A stretch of DNA of 50,772 nucleotides, taken from contig JBNJGH010000010.1 in NCBI GenBank assembly GCA_051747585.1, forward strand, positions 1-50,772. Reading direction: 5' to 3'. The translations under genes were made by a program, and so were the position numbers. Each line of letters begins with the position of its first letter. Position 1 is the first letter of the stretch. Shown here in pieces: positions 8,611 through 18,956 of the stretch. The notes below the pieces were generated by a model, which worked only from the letters and a program-made list of their open reading frames with translations, was not told where the DNA came from and ran no database searches. This DNA is from Candidatus Rifleibacteriota bacterium. Its GTDB lineage: Bacteria; Muiribacteriota; Ozemobacteria; Ozemobacterales; Ozemobacteraceae.

Positions 8611-9105
8611 CTAATAGGTTACATAGTCGCGATAAATTTTGATCAAGGTCGTCATTTCGGCTTCGATACCGGTTGATTTAACCTGACCAGAAGTTTTTAC
8701 TTCCCAAATATCGTAATGGCCTATTACCACACCTTTTTGATAATGGGGAACATTATAATAAGACATATTTTCTGCTTCGTAGGGCTTTACGCTGAGCACC
8801 TGATACTGGCCGTCGGCAAATTCCCGGCTGTATTCTTTATCTGTTCTGTCTTTGGTATAATCAGACGGATAGTTTAAGTCGTGGTTATTCATATTATACT
8901 GATTGCAGAGGTTAATCTTAACCTTTTCTGCAGCACCCTGAGCAAAATTTCGCGCTTTGATTCTGTGGGCCTCGTTCAAGATAAGGCTGGTAGTCATTCT
9001 TGAAGACATCCAATACGAAACGCCCATAAGACCGAAAATAATCAGAAGAATAAGGGCAATCATGGCTATAAAACCACTTCTGGCATTATTTAGTCGGTTA
9101 ATCAT
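8611..9105 (-). CDS. PilX/GspK-like minor pilin
   Basis: Class III signal RSG|FIAMIAL lacking Glu5, then a hydrophobic helix and the A..FAQGAAE motif. C-terminal VKTSG strand. Confidence 0.7.
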   Translation of the reverse strand: MINRLNNARSGFIAMIALILLIIFGLMGVSYWMSSRMTTSLILNEAHRIKARNFAQGAAEKVKINLCNQYNMNNHDLNYPSDYTKDRTDKEYSREFADGQYQVLSVKPYEAENMSYYNVPHYQKGVVIGHYDIWEVKTSGQVKSTGIEAEMTTLIKIYRDYVTY

Positions 9106-9724
9106 AGCGTCTCACCACCTTGACACAAAGCAAATCGCTTTCGAGACGCACAGCAAAATCAAGCTTATCTTTTATTTCAGGATTTTTATCGTCGTAGATA
9201 GTTGCCTTTACCAAAACCTGACGTATATCTTGAGGGTCAGCTTTAAAGAAAAGATCTGAAGCTTTTTTTGCCAGAATCTTTTTCCTTATGTTGCCGTTAT
9301 AATCCTTGATTTCACGAATAAGCTTTTCTTTTTCAATATAATATCGAACTTGATCTCTGCGATTTAAATTTTGGAAGGAAGTCAGATAAAAAACTATTTC
9401 TTCGCCGCCATTTTCAGGTTCTTTATCTATATCGTAAATGGTAACCAGGTTAGGAAATAAATCGTTGATTTTTTCTCCTTTGAAGTAAAGGTGTCCATCG
9501 CTATCTTTCTGCAAAATAGGATTAACATTTTTTAAGTCAGTAAAAATCTGTTTCATTATCAGCTGAATTTTCTGATTGAACTCCATATGCTGCTGACCCC
9601 AACGCCAGGTATTAAGGTTGCTGCGAAATACCATAATAAGAACCAGCGAAATCATAGCCACTATAAGGGCCGATACGCTCAGTTCAATTAAAGTAAAACC
9701 CTTTTTAGATAATTTTAAAGTCAT
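9098..9724 (-). CDS. Prepilin-type N-terminal cleavage/methylation protein (PilW/GspJ-like)
   Basis: KKG|FTLIEL with Glu5. Confidence 0.85.
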   Translation of the reverse strand: MTLKLSKKGFTLIELSVSALIVAMISLVLIMVFRSNLNTWRWGQQHMEFNQKIQLIMKQIFTDLKNVNPILQKDSDGHLYFKGEKINDLFPNLVTIYDIDKEPENGGEEIVFYLTSFQNLNRRDQVRYYIEKEKLIREIKDYNGNIRKKILAKKASDLFFKADPQDIRQVLVKATIYDDKNPEIKDKLDFAVRLESDLLCVKVVRRYD

Positions 9725-10204
9725 TTAAAATTCAGCCGAAGTTTTAAGATTGAGAGAATTTGTATTAGCTCGATAGGTAAGCAATCTATAATCTTTAGGA
9801 TTACCGGATTCTACCCAGTTAAGAATTACAGTCAACTGTAAAAGATTGGTTTCTTTTGCGCCTGTACCGAGTATAGTATGATCAGGAGCCTCCTGAATGG
9901 TAAGGGTAGCCGATGCTTTGTATTTCTTTTGAAAATATTCAGGCAATTTGAATTCCGGGTAATTTTCATCTGGAATTTCAATAGTTACTGGAACTGTTTG
10001 CCAAATGAATGAATCACTGCGAGCAAGATCTAGAATATTTTGCGAAACAATAGAAGCCTCGAGCACAACACTGCCTTTTTCGACAGTTCGCGAGCCCGAG
10101 AAAAACAGTGAAATCACCGGGAACACTCCAACTCCTATAATAAAAACAGCCAGTAAGACTTCAACGAGTGAAAACGCTGATCTTTTTGCAGTTCTAAACA
10201 GCAT
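9725..10204 (-). CDS. Prepilin-type protein (PilV/GspI-like)
   Basis: KRSA|FSLVEVLLA with Glu5. C-terminal LTVILNW strand. Confidence 0.8.
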   Translation of the reverse strand: MLFRTAKRSAFSLVEVLLAVFIIGVGVFPVISLFFSGSRTVEKGSVVLEASIVSQNILDLARSDSFIWQTVPVTIEIPDENYPEFKLPEYFQKKYKASATLTIQEAPDHTILGTGAKETNLLQLTVILNWVESGNPKDYRLLTYRANTNSLNLKTSAEF

Positions 10205-10791
10205 TAAAATCCTCTTCTTCTTTTTCGATCTTCTGAATCTACGGGTACATATTCCTTTTCATATTTTTTGAAATCCCGCAGATATTTTATGCCGGCTTTT
10301 GCATTTTCTGCTGCATGAGAGTTCGGGTATTCGGCAACAACCTCTTCGTAGGCCTTTAAAGCCAGGCTGTTTGCCTTATTGCGAAAATAAAGTTCTGCAA
10401 TACAAAGTTGAGCAACGCTGGCTTCTTCTGAATTGGGATAACGCTGAGAGATGCCCTCAAAAATGCTTATAGCTTTATTGTATTCGCCCTTTTCCATAAG
10501 CTGAATACCTTCGAGATATTGCTTTTCAAAAAAAGCACTTACATGCCCTTTTTTAATACCGGATTTTTTATTATTATTCTGAATAGAATAGTTCAACCCT
10601 GTCTGGGAAAGAATATCCAGAGGCTCTTCTTCTGCTTCCTGTTTTTCTTCATCTTTTGTTTTTGGATCTTCGCTGCTCTGTTTCAGCTGCTGTTTTTGAC
10701 CGGGAACAGACTTTTTCCCGTTACAGCAGCCGGTTAAATTTGCCAGCATAAAAACACAGACGACAACAATAAAAATTGTAAACTTCTTCAT
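10204..10791 (-). CDS. TPR lipoprotein (BamD/CpoB-like TPR domain)
   Basis: Lipobox LTG|C. TPR repeats with YPNS..A motifs. Confidence 0.75.
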   Translation of the reverse strand: MKKFTIFIVVVCVFMLANLTGCCNGKKSVPGQKQQLKQSSEDPKTKDEEKQEAEEEPLDILSQTGLNYSIQNNNKKSGIKKGHVSAFFEKQYLEGIQLMEKGEYNKAISIFEGISQRYPNSEEASVAQLCIAELYFRNKANSLALKAYEEVVAEYPNSHAAENAKAGIKYLRDFKKYEKEYVPVDSEDRKRRRGF

Positions 10792-10801
10792 ATTATCTAT
10801 T

Positions 10802-12151
10802 TTAGCATAAATAAGCAGAAATAGTTTTAGCTATACTTTGCACCAAACCTTTGATTTCACTTTCATCGGGGCCTTCTGCCATTACTCTTACCAGGTCTTC
10901 CGTTCCTGAAGGACGCACCAGGATTCTTCCACGACCGGAGAGTTTTTTCTCGGTATTTCTTATAATATCTACAATTTCAGGTACAGAATCAAATTTTTTA
11001 TTTCTAACTCTTATATTGACCAGCACTTGTGGTAATTTACTCATCACTCGGCTCAGTTCTTTTAAAGTAGCGCCGGTTTCACGCATTATTTTTAAAATAT
11101 AACAGGCGGTAAGCATTCCGTCACCGGTAGTAGAATGGTCGGAAAGAATTATATGTCCAGACTGTTCGCCCCCTACTATAGATTGCTTTTTCTGCATTTC
11201 TTCGAGAACGAAACGATCGCCTACTCTGGTTTTAAATACACTTATATCATGGTTTTTCATGGCAAGATCGAGGCCCAGATTAGCCATAACAGTTGTTACC
11301 AATGCATTACCGGGCAACTTTTCTCTATCTTTGAGAAATTTTGCAGTGATAGCAAGAATAAAATCACCATCTATAACTTCGCCATTGCTTGAAACCGCTA
11401 TAACCCTGTCTGCATCGCCATCAAAAGAAAAGCCAACATCGAAATGCTCTTTTTTCATTACTTCCAGCAAAGATGCAATACAGGTCGAACCAACTTTGTG
11501 ATTTATATTGATTCCGTCGGGGTTAACCCCAATTGCATCAACACTATAACCAAGATCAGAAAAGAATTTCGGCGCCCAGCAGGCGGCCGAACCATTTGCA
11601 CAGTCCAAGGCTATTTTCAAACGACGAGAACCGACATTTTCGCCTGCAACTTTTGCCAGGCTTGTAAGCCAGAAATTTTGTGAGCTTTCATCGGTTCTTA
11701 TTGTACCGACTTCTTCGCCGATCGGTAGTTCGATTCTCTCTTTGGCCTGCATCTCTTTTTCAATAGCCAGTTCGATTGCATCGGTGATTTTGTAACCATC
11801 GGCTCCAAATATTTTTATGCCGTTGTCATAATAAGGATTATGGGAAGCGCTTATCATAACTCCGCCCATGCCTTGAAGTTGACGAGTAATAAAAGCTACT
11901 GCCGGGGTTGGAATAACCCCTAGAAGCCTGACTTCGGCTCCTACAGATGCCATACCGGCTGCTACGGCGTGTTCAAGCATATCACCGGAACGTCTAGTGT
12001 CTTTGCCAATAAATACAGGTCTACCACGTTTTTTATGATTGAGCATAAGCTGTCTTGCAGCTGATTGGGCAATTCTAAAAGCGGTATTTGCATCTAACGG
12101 AAATCGGTTGGCTTTTCCTCTTACACCGTCTGTTCCAAATAGTCTAGCCAT
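10802..12151 (-). CDS. glmM: Phosphoglucosamine mutase
   Basis: LFGTDGVRG, SASHNP, FDGDADR, GEQSGH, RPSGTE. Confidence 0.96.
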   Translation of the reverse strand: MARLFGTDGVRGKANRFPLDANTAFRIAQSAARQLMLNHKKRGRPVFIGKDTRRSGDMLEHAVAAGMASVGAEVRLLGVIPTPAVAFITRQLQGMGGVMISASHNPYYDNGIKIFGADGYKITDAIELAIEKEMQAKERIELPIGEEVGTIRTDESSQNFWLTSLAKVAGENVGSRRLKIALDCANGSAACWAPKFFSDLGYSVDAIGVNPDGININHKVGSTCIASLLEVMKKEHFDVGFSFDGDADRVIAVSSNGEVIDGDFILAITAKFLKDREKLPGNALVTTVMANLGLDLAMKNHDISVFKTRVGDRFVLEEMQKKQSIVGGEQSGHIILSDHSTTGDGMLTACYILKIMRETGATLKELSRVMSKLPQVLVNIRVRNKKFDSVPEIVDIIRNTEKKLSGRGRILVRPSGTEDLVRVMAEGPDESEIKGLVQSIAKTISAYLC

Positions 12152-12185
12152 ACTGAAAATACTCCTGAATGTTTCTTTTTTTTTG

Positions 12186-12194
12186 ATTATAACA
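12186..12194 (-). promoter_or_regulatory. Extended -10 promoter for the glmM operon
   Basis: Minus strand TGtTATAAT about 35 nt upstream of the glmM ATG. Confidence 0.55.
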
Positions 12195-12215
12195 CAATTT
12201 TAGTGACACGAAGAC

Positions 12216-12261
12216 AAAAAAACTGTCGACCAGGCTACAACTAAGCTTTGGTCGACAGTTT
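12216..12261 (-). terminator. Intrinsic terminator of the V-ATPase operon
   Basis: 13-bp stem AAACTGTCGACCA/TGGTCGACAGTTT with a T-tract on the minus strand. Confidence 0.8.
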
Positions 12262-12293
12262 GTTAATTTACTTAAAAAATAAAGTTCTAATTA

Positions 12294-12782
12294 TCAGGGA
12301 GTATTTGCCGCCACTTCAGCAGCAGCCACCATAATATCTGAGTTCAGAATAAGAATGCCCACAACCATTGCGAACAGACCAACTGATTCGGCGATACCCA
12401 TAGCAACAATAATATTACCAAAACCTTTTCCACCATTATCTACCAAGGCTCTGATACCGGCACCGCCGATCATACCCTGAACATAGGCAGAGAAAAGCTC
12501 ACACAAACCAATACCGACAGCAATACCAAAAAGCACGCCACCATTGGCTTCAACACCTGCGAATGGTCTCATAAGAAAATAAAGAATCATTGAATAAAGA
12601 GTCTGGCTGACCGGCATACCGACAAGACCACTGAATTTACCGGAAAGAGGCTTACCTTCTTTTCCTTCTTTAGCCCAGGCTGCAGCAGCAGAAATACCTG
12701 CAGCTCTAATACCAAGACAGCTGCCAATTCCGCCGAATCCCATTATAAGACCAAGAGAAAGTTTTCCCAAAATTGCTAACAT
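12294..12782 (-). CDS. atpK: V/A-type ATPase subunit K (4-TM rotor proteolipid)
   Basis: Four hydrophobic helices with PVSQTLY, VQG and IAESVGLF (ion-binding Glu). Confidence 0.9.
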   Translation of the reverse strand: MLAILGKLSLGLIMGFGGIGSCLGIRAAGISAAAAWAKEGKEGKPLSGKFSGLVGMPVSQTLYSMILYFLMRPFAGVEANGGVLFGIAVGIGLCELFSAYVQGMIGGAGIRALVDNGGKGFGNIIVAMGIAESVGLFAMVVGILILNSDIMVAAAEVAANTP

Positions 12783-12806
12783 ATTCTTTCGCTCCTTAGA
12801 AGAATT

Positions 12807-14588
12807 TTACTTAATTTCCCGAAACGGATCATATTTTCGTCCAGACCATTCAAGCTCGAGATGGTTTGAAAACTCAAGCAGATTAAGTCGAACACCATGA
12901 GCCAGGATGGCTATCACACCAAGTATTATATTTATTGCATGCCCCAGAACATATATCGGGAGCTTTAATAAAAAGAATGGAACCATGGCGGCAATATCGT
13001 TAAAAGCCATGGCAACCTTGCCGCCTGCCATACCGACGGCCCAGAGTCTGATATAACTGACTACATCAGAGAAACAAGATGATGCGTTTTTCAAAACAGC
13101 TCCTATGCCTGCTAAAATGCTGGCAAAAATATTCCAGGATGGAGCAGTAAATACTAATATAAGGAAAGCAGAGACATAGAAAGTATTAATAATCCAATCC
13201 CAACCCCCTGGCATAAAATAAGGAAAGGACTCTTTTAGTATAAGCTGACAAATCACACCGTACATAGCCCAGAGAAAAGCGATCCAGCCAACTTCAGAAA
13301 GGAGGCTTATATCGCGTTGTCGACCCATCATTTTTACGATATGGCCATAGCTAAGATGTAAAACCCCTATCAGGAAACATAGTCCCTGCAGGAAAATCAT
13401 ACCTTCCTGGGAGTTGGGATTAAATTTGTAACTGTCAATCAATCTGAAATGTTCACCGAACCAGGTGTTGGTAAACAAGCCATAAAGAGCGACAGCGCCA
13501 AACAGAAACATGCCGAGCTTAAGTGCATTTTTGTCAACGTTACGCCGGGTCAGCGGCACATAAGCGGCTGCCAGCGCAAGAAAAACAATAAGGCCATAGC
13601 CGGCATCTGCAAGAAGAAAAGCAGAAAACAACGACAACATAAGCAAAAAGGTGCCGCTGGTATCCGGCTCGCGATAACTCGGCGTCATACCCATGAATTC
13701 GTAAAGAGGGCCGATACTCTGAGCCCATGGAGCATTTTTTAATAGAGTTGGCGGAATTTCATCTTCGTCTGGATCTTCGAAATGCATTCCGGCTTTAACA
13801 TTTGCTTCTGAGAAAGATTTTTGCAGAGTTTCAACTTGATCAATCGGACACCAGCCGGAAACCACAAAGATTTGATCTTCGACAAAAACTCCGGTCTCTA
13901 CTTCAGAATAGCGCTTTTTATTCAAAAGCTTCATGCTATGTTTTTCAAGGTCTTCAAGCCTTAAAGATAAACACGACAAAGCCTCTTCATGCTCGTCGAT
14001 CTTATGGCGGCACTCAGAAATTTCATCGTTCAGATCGTAAATATCTTTTTCGGGAAGATCGACCTTGATCAACGAATCTGGAATTACAGGTTCATTGCGG
14101 TATGCAATTGCCATATAGGCAATACCGGCAATTTCATTTATTTTTTCGACTGACTCAGCTTCTAACCCATTAAAGTTGTCAACAGGACCTTTGAACAACC
14201 TTATATTGACGCCCTGATTCTGAAGCTCCTTTATATCCTGGATTCCCAGGTCGCCCCAAGGGGTGTAGGCTTCAATTTCACGATTGAGACTGGCTATATG
14301 CTCACGCAATCTTGGAATGGCCTGGGCGTGCTCGAGCACTTCTTCTACAAGCCTTGAAGGAGTGCCGGGCGGTATGAGCTTGTTATTTTGCGGAGGCTCG
14401 ATTTGAATTAAAGTAGTAATTGCTTTATTGCAATTATCAATTTCAGTAGAAAGCCCTTCGGGCAATTTAACCGATTCAGGATCGACAGGGTCTACGTGGA
14501 CTACTCCGGCCCCTTTTAAGATAGACAGCACCTGTTGTCTATCTGAGACTTTAGCTGCCAGCAGGAGCTTTTTCATTGGACTGATCAT
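12807..14588 (-). CDS. atpI: V/A-type ATPase subunit I
   Basis: PPTLLKN, P.YREPD, DAGYG, SYIRL (essential Arg), HGVRLNLLEF. Confidence 0.93.
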   Translation of the reverse strand: MISPMKKLLLAAKVSDRQQVLSILKGAGVVHVDPVDPESVKLPEGLSTEIDNCNKAITTLIQIEPPQNNKLIPPGTPSRLVEEVLEHAQAIPRLREHIASLNREIEAYTPWGDLGIQDIKELQNQGVNIRLFKGPVDNFNGLEAESVEKINEIAGIAYMAIAYRNEPVIPDSLIKVDLPEKDIYDLNDEISECRHKIDEHEEALSCLSLRLEDLEKHSMKLLNKKRYSEVETGVFVEDQIFVVSGWCPIDQVETLQKSFSEANVKAGMHFEDPDEDEIPPTLLKNAPWAQSIGPLYEFMGMTPSYREPDTSGTFLLMLSLFSAFLLADAGYGLIVFLALAAAYVPLTRRNVDKNALKLGMFLFGAVALYGLFTNTWFGEHFRLIDSYKFNPNSQEGMIFLQGLCFLIGVLHLSYGHIVKMMGRQRDISLLSEVGWIAFLWAMYGVICQLILKESFPYFMPGGWDWIINTFYVSAFLILVFTAPSWNIFASILAGIGAVLKNASSCFSDVVSYIRLWAVGMAGGKVAMAFNDIAAMVPFFLLKLPIYVLGHAINIILGVIAILAHGVRLNLLEFSNHLELEWSGRKYDPFREIK

Positions 14589-14603
14589 ATAAAATTACCT
14601 CCT

Positions 14604-15200
14604 TTAAGCAGCCTTGCCTTTGGCGATTTTTGAGCGAACCACAGCAGCAGTTTGCTCTTCAGCAAGTGCGATACGAATGACTCTGATATTTTCTTTGGCA
14701 GTGGGAATCTTGATCTTTTCAAACAGATTTACCCTTTGAGTAACTTTACGCAATTCCTGTTGCAGTAAGAACTCCTGCTCATGAAGAACTTTTACGGTTT
14801 CACGCAATTCCATCAGTTCTTTAAGGAACCTCAGGCCGGCGTCCACCCAGGGCGGAGTTGCCAGGCGACTGAAGTCTTTTACTTCATACTCAACATGTTT
14901 AACAATCGGCAACTTAATACCGGCTACGTTACGAATACCACGTTGAATATCTTTAACTTCAACCAGTCTGGTCAACGAGCCAGGCAAAGATTCACTGAAC
15001 AATGCCGCCCATCCTTTAATCTGGTTTATGCGTTTAGTCAGCTCTTCATCAAGTTTTTTCCGCTCATTCCTGACCTTGAGGATTTCAGATTGAATCTGCT
15101 GTTTCTTCAAGACCAGAGTCGGGAGAAACCGCTGAAACATCGACAGCTGTCGACGCTGTCTCAGCAGTTCAGGTCTGGTTTTCTTGATTTTTTCAGCCAT
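14604..15200 (-). CDS. atpD: V/A-type ATPase subunit D
   Basis: LPTLVLKK and QRVNLFEK..IP. Confidence 0.93.
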   Translation of the reverse strand: MAEKIKKTRPELLRQRRQLSMFQRFLPTLVLKKQQIQSEILKVRNERKKLDEELTKRINQIKGWAALFSESLPGSLTRLVEVKDIQRGIRNVAGIKLPIVKHVEYEVKDFSRLATPPWVDAGLRFLKELMELRETVKVLHEQEFLLQQELRKVTQRVNLFEKIKIPTAKENIRVIRIALAEEQTAAVVRSKIAKGKAA

Positions 15201-15209
15201 AATTAATTT

Positions 15210-16508
15210 TTAGTCCTCTTTCGGCCAGAATTCATCACACAAACTTGATCTAATACCGGTTTCTCTGGGTTCGAAATGTTTGGCAAGAATTTTCCAGCAT
15301 TTATCGAGCGCATCATAAAGACCGATATTAACCGAAAAGTCCATAATTTCGTTTTCAAAGCTTTCGCCGTAAGCAATCAGCTTATTGTCCCAGTCTGACA
15401 TTTCGAAACCCATAGCACGTTTTTCTCTGGTTTCACGACACTTGGAATAAAGCTGGATACAACCATCCATTATCGCGCGGTGGTCATCGCGGGTTTTACC
15501 GTTAACCTGCTGTTTTAACCTCGACAATGAACCGAAAGGATCAATAACACCATTTTTAAGATAGAACTGTCCTTCGGTAATATAACCGGTATTATCAGGA
15601 ACCGGATGGGTAACATCATCACCCGGCATAGTGGTAACAGCCATAAGAGTTACCGAACCGCCATCTTCGAAAACAACAGCTTTTTCATAACGAGATGCCA
15701 GCTGCGAGTAAAGATCGCCGGGATAACCTCGGTTAGACGGTATTTGTTCCATTGTAATGGAGATTTCTTTTAAAGCATTTGAGAAGTTGGTCATATCTGT
15801 AAGCAGAACCAGAACTTTTTTACCCTGAAGGGCAAACTGTTCGGCAACAGTCAATGCCAGATCGGGGGTTTGCAGACATTCAACGACCGGATCGGCAGCT
15901 GTATGGGTAAACATGATAGTTCGCGCCATGGTGCCGCCTTCTTCGAACTTATGCTTAAAATAAAGGTATTCATCGTATTTAAGGCCCATACCAGCAAAAA
16001 TGATTACATCGGCTTCTGCCTGCAGGGCAATACGTGAAAGCAATTCATTATATGGTTCGCCCGGAATAGAGAAAATCGGCAGCTTCTGCCCTTCAACCAG
16101 GGTATTGAACACATCGATCATAGGAATACTGGTAGGAATCATTCTATGAGGCATAAGCCTGATAGCCGGGTTAACTGCCGGGCCGCCAACTTCGATAAGA
16201 TTGTCTGTCAATCCGGCTCGACCATCGCGGGGTTCTCCACCACCTGAAAACACTCTACCAAACAATTCTTCTGAAAAACTGAACCGCATCGAAGAACCAA
16301 GGAAGCTAACTTTATCACCGGTAGAAACACCGCGGGTCCCGGTAAAAATCTGAATTGAAACCTTGTCGCCGGTAATTCTGATTACCTGCGCCAGCGACTT
16401 TCCCCAGGAGCCTTCTACAACTGCCAGTTCTTCATAACCAACGTTTTCTGCTTTTAAAGTAGCTACGTTTCCTGCAATATCATCGATCTGTGAATAATAC
16501 TTACGCAT
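15210..16508 (-). CDS. atpB: V/A-type ATPase subunit B
   Basis: [40 protein letters not shown]. Confidence 0.96.
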   Translation of the reverse strand: MRKYYSQIDDIAGNVATLKAENVGYEELAVVEGSWGKSLAQVIRITGDKVSIQIFTGTRGVSTGDKVSFLGSSMRFSFSEELFGRVFSGGGEPRDGRAGLTDNLIEVGGPAVNPAIRLMPHRMIPTSIPMIDVFNTLVEGQKLPIFSIPGEPYNELLSRIALQAEADVIIFAGMGLKYDEYLYFKHKFEEGGTMARTIMFTHTAADPVVECLQTPDLALTVAEQFALQGKKVLVLLTDMTNFSNALKEISITMEQIPSNRGYPGDLYSQLASRYEKAVVFEDGGSVTLMAVTTMPGDDVTHPVPDNTGYITEGQFYLKNGVIDPFGSLSRLKQQVNGKTRDDHRAIMDGCIQLYSKCRETREKRAMGFEMSDWDNKLIAYGESFENEIMDFSVNIGLYDALDKCWKILAKHFEPRETGIRSSLCDEFWPKED

Positions 16509-18234
16509 CGGCAGCCTCCTTCTGATTAAGAGTTGCCCTGATTTTTTCTTCGTGTTCCTTCATTTTATCGCTCTCCCAGGGAGAGTAATTCCAGTCTCTG
16601 AAATGCTCAGTCAGTGTAAAGAACATATCACGGGCCTGACTTTTGCTGTCAAAATCAAAATCATAGCTCAGTACATCGCTCACCATGCCAAACAAATATT
16701 TTTGTCTATCAGTCGGACATGCCGCATCGACTTCGTCGAAAGCATTTTGTTGCAGATAAACATTATCGAGAAATTCTGACTTGAGATAGATTATGAAGTC
16801 ATCGATAGATGTTCCTTCTTCACCAACAACCTGCATCATTTCGTTAATGGTTTTGCCGCGCTGTAAAAAGCTATGTGCCCATTGAACTTTTTTGGTGTCA
16901 ATAGTTCCGGTATATTTTGACCAGGATTCAAGCGGATCAATTGCCGGGTATCTTCTAGCGTAAGAGCGGGCATAGGAAAGACCGAGGAATGATCCGACAA
17001 CTTTTAAAGTTCCCTGAGTAACCGGCTCTTCAAAGTTACCGCCTGCGGGGCTGACTGTTCCGCCAATAGTAAGAGAAGCTTTTCGATCGTCTTTTAATTT
17101 AACGATTCCGCCACGTTCGTAAAATCTGGCGATGGAACTTTCAAGATAAGCAGGAAAAGCTTCTTCTCCGGGAATTTCTTCGAGTCGCCCACTCATTTCG
17201 CGCAACGCCTGCGCCCAACGAGAGGTTGAATCAGCCAACATAAGCACGTTCAAGCCAACCTGACGATAATATTCGCCCAGGGTAATTGCAGTGTAAACAG
17301 ATGATTCACGAGCTGCAACCGGCATACTCGAAGTATTACAAATTATAATGGTTCTTTCGATAAGAGTGCGACCGGTTCGCGGATCTTTTAAGTGGGGAAA
17401 TTCTCTAAGAGTTTCAACAACTTCACCGGCGCGCTCACCACATGCCGCCACAATAACCAGATCTATTTCGGCATGTCGGCTGGTGATCTGCTGCAAAACC
17501 GTTTTACCGGCACCGAATGGCCCGGGAATACAATATGTGCCGCCCAGCATAACCGGGAAAAAGGTATCGATGATTCTCTGCTTTGTGACCATAGGTTCAA
17601 CCGGCAGCAATCTTTCTTTATAGATACCCAGGGGAATACGAACAGGCCAGCGTTGAATCATATTAACCGAAAGAGTTTCGCCTTCTTTTTCGAGAACGGC
17701 AATTTCATCTTCAATTTTATATTTTCCTGCCGGCGCAATCTTTTTGACCTTCCACTCATCTCGCAGATGGAATGGCACCATAATAAAGTGATCAAAAATG
17801 TTTTCCTTAACCTGTCCCAGATTTTCGGCGGCAGTAAGAACATCGCCTTCTGAAGCCAACGGGGAGAATTCCCATTCTCGGGATCGGTCAAGAGCATCTA
17901 AATAATTTCCAGGTTCAAGAAATTTTCCTACTTTTTCGGCCATTTCGGGCAACGGATTCTGCAATCCATCATAAACCATTCCAATAAGGCCGGGACCTAG
18001 CTCCAAAGAAAGCAATTCATCGGTAATCTCTACCGGGTCTCCTACTTTCAGTCCGCGAGTTAACTCAAAAACCTGCATATCCGCTCGGTTACCCCGGATA
18101 CGGATAATTTCCGACATAAGTTTAACTCCGTCAGAACGCTGACAGTAGGCAACCGCATTCTGTCGAACTGCGCCTTCAAATTCAGCTGTAACCATGTTGC
18201 CATAAACGGTAACTATTCGACCGGTTGAACTCAC
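16501..18234 (-). CDS. atpA: V/A-type ATPase subunit A (catalytic)
   Basis: Walker [39 protein letters not shown]. Confidence 0.97.
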   Translation of the reverse strand: MSSTGRIVTVYGNMVTAEFEGAVRQNAVAYCQRSDGVKLMSEIIRIRGNRADMQVFELTRGLKVGDPVEITDELLSLELGPGLIGMVYDGLQNPLPEMAEKVGKFLEPGNYLDALDRSREWEFSPLASEGDVLTAAENLGQVKENIFDHFIMVPFHLRDEWKVKKIAPAGKYKIEDEIAVLEKEGETLSVNMIQRWPVRIPLGIYKERLLPVEPMVTKQRIIDTFFPVMLGGTYCIPGPFGAGKTVLQQITSRHAEIDLVIVAACGERAGEVVETLREFPHLKDPRTGRTLIERTIIICNTSSMPVAARESSVYTAITLGEYYRQVGLNVLMLADSTSRWAQALREMSGRLEEIPGEEAFPAYLESSIARFYERGGIVKLKDDRKASLTIGGTVSPAGGNFEEPVTQGTLKVVGSFLGLSYARSYARRYPAIDPLESWSKYTGTIDTKKVQWAHSFLQRGKTINEMMQVVGEEGTSIDDFIIYLKSEFLDNVYLQQNAFDEVDAACPTDRQKYLFGMVSDVLSYDFDFDSKSQARDMFFTLTEHFRDWNYSPWESDKMKEHEEKIRATLNQKEAADA

Positions 18235-18938
18235 AGTGCGGTGACCTCCTCAAGTATTTTACGCCCTTCATCAAGGCTCAAACGTGCATATCTATTATGA
18301 ATTCGAAGTTCAAGCATATATGCAATAAGTTCTTCGATAGCAAAAGTGTATTGGGTGCCCAGATTACGCAAAAAATCTATGCGATACTGGTCAAGAAATT
18401 TTTCGGCCTGCATTGGCTCATCTATAGCTTTCCAGGATTCTACAACTGATCCATGATCAATGACAGCAGACATTCCGGGTAAGAGATTTTCATCTGTAGA
18501 AATTGATTTATTGGAATTTTCGGTCTTCAAGCGTTCGCTTTTCAGTGCTAATCTGAGCGAATATTCCCACTGTGCCCATTCTGCCAGAAGGTCAGATTTT
18601 ATCGAATTACTTAATTCAATAAAAAGGGCAAACCAGGCAAAATATATGTTTTCAAGCCATTCAGCTTCGGGGACTTCTTTAAAAGAATAAAACAGTTTTA
18701 CAAAATTTTCGGGCAATCTTTCAGAAAGTTCCGGTTTAAAATCCTTATTTTCAAGAACAAAAAACTGCATACCCGTCTGCTTTATGATTTCTTCTGCCTC
18801 AAGCAAATCGGCAAGCAATAGCAGTTTTTCGTCAGACTCGTCTCTAATTTTTGCCAGCGCATCAACCTCGGGCAAATCTTGCCCAAGAGCCGGAAGTGTT
18901 GGCAGATAAGTCATAAGATAAAAAAGCTTGTTACTCAT
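18231..18938 (-). CDS. DUF2764-family V-ATPase-associated (subunit C-like) protein
   Basis: YLMTYLPTL start and F.IEELIAY.L.L C-terminus. Sits between E and A. Confidence 0.75.
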   Translation of the reverse strand: MSNKLFYLMTYLPTLPALGQDLPEVDALAKIRDESDEKLLLLADLLEAEEIIKQTGMQFFVLENKDFKPELSERLPENFVKLFYSFKEVPEAEWLENIYFAWFALFIELSNSIKSDLLAEWAQWEYSLRLALKSERLKTENSNKSISTDENLLPGMSAVIDHGSVVESWKAIDEPMQAEKFLDQYRIDFLRNLGTQYTFAIEELIAYMLELRIHNRYARLSLDEGRKILEEVTAL

Positions 18939-18956
18939 TTTATATCAGACCAGTTC

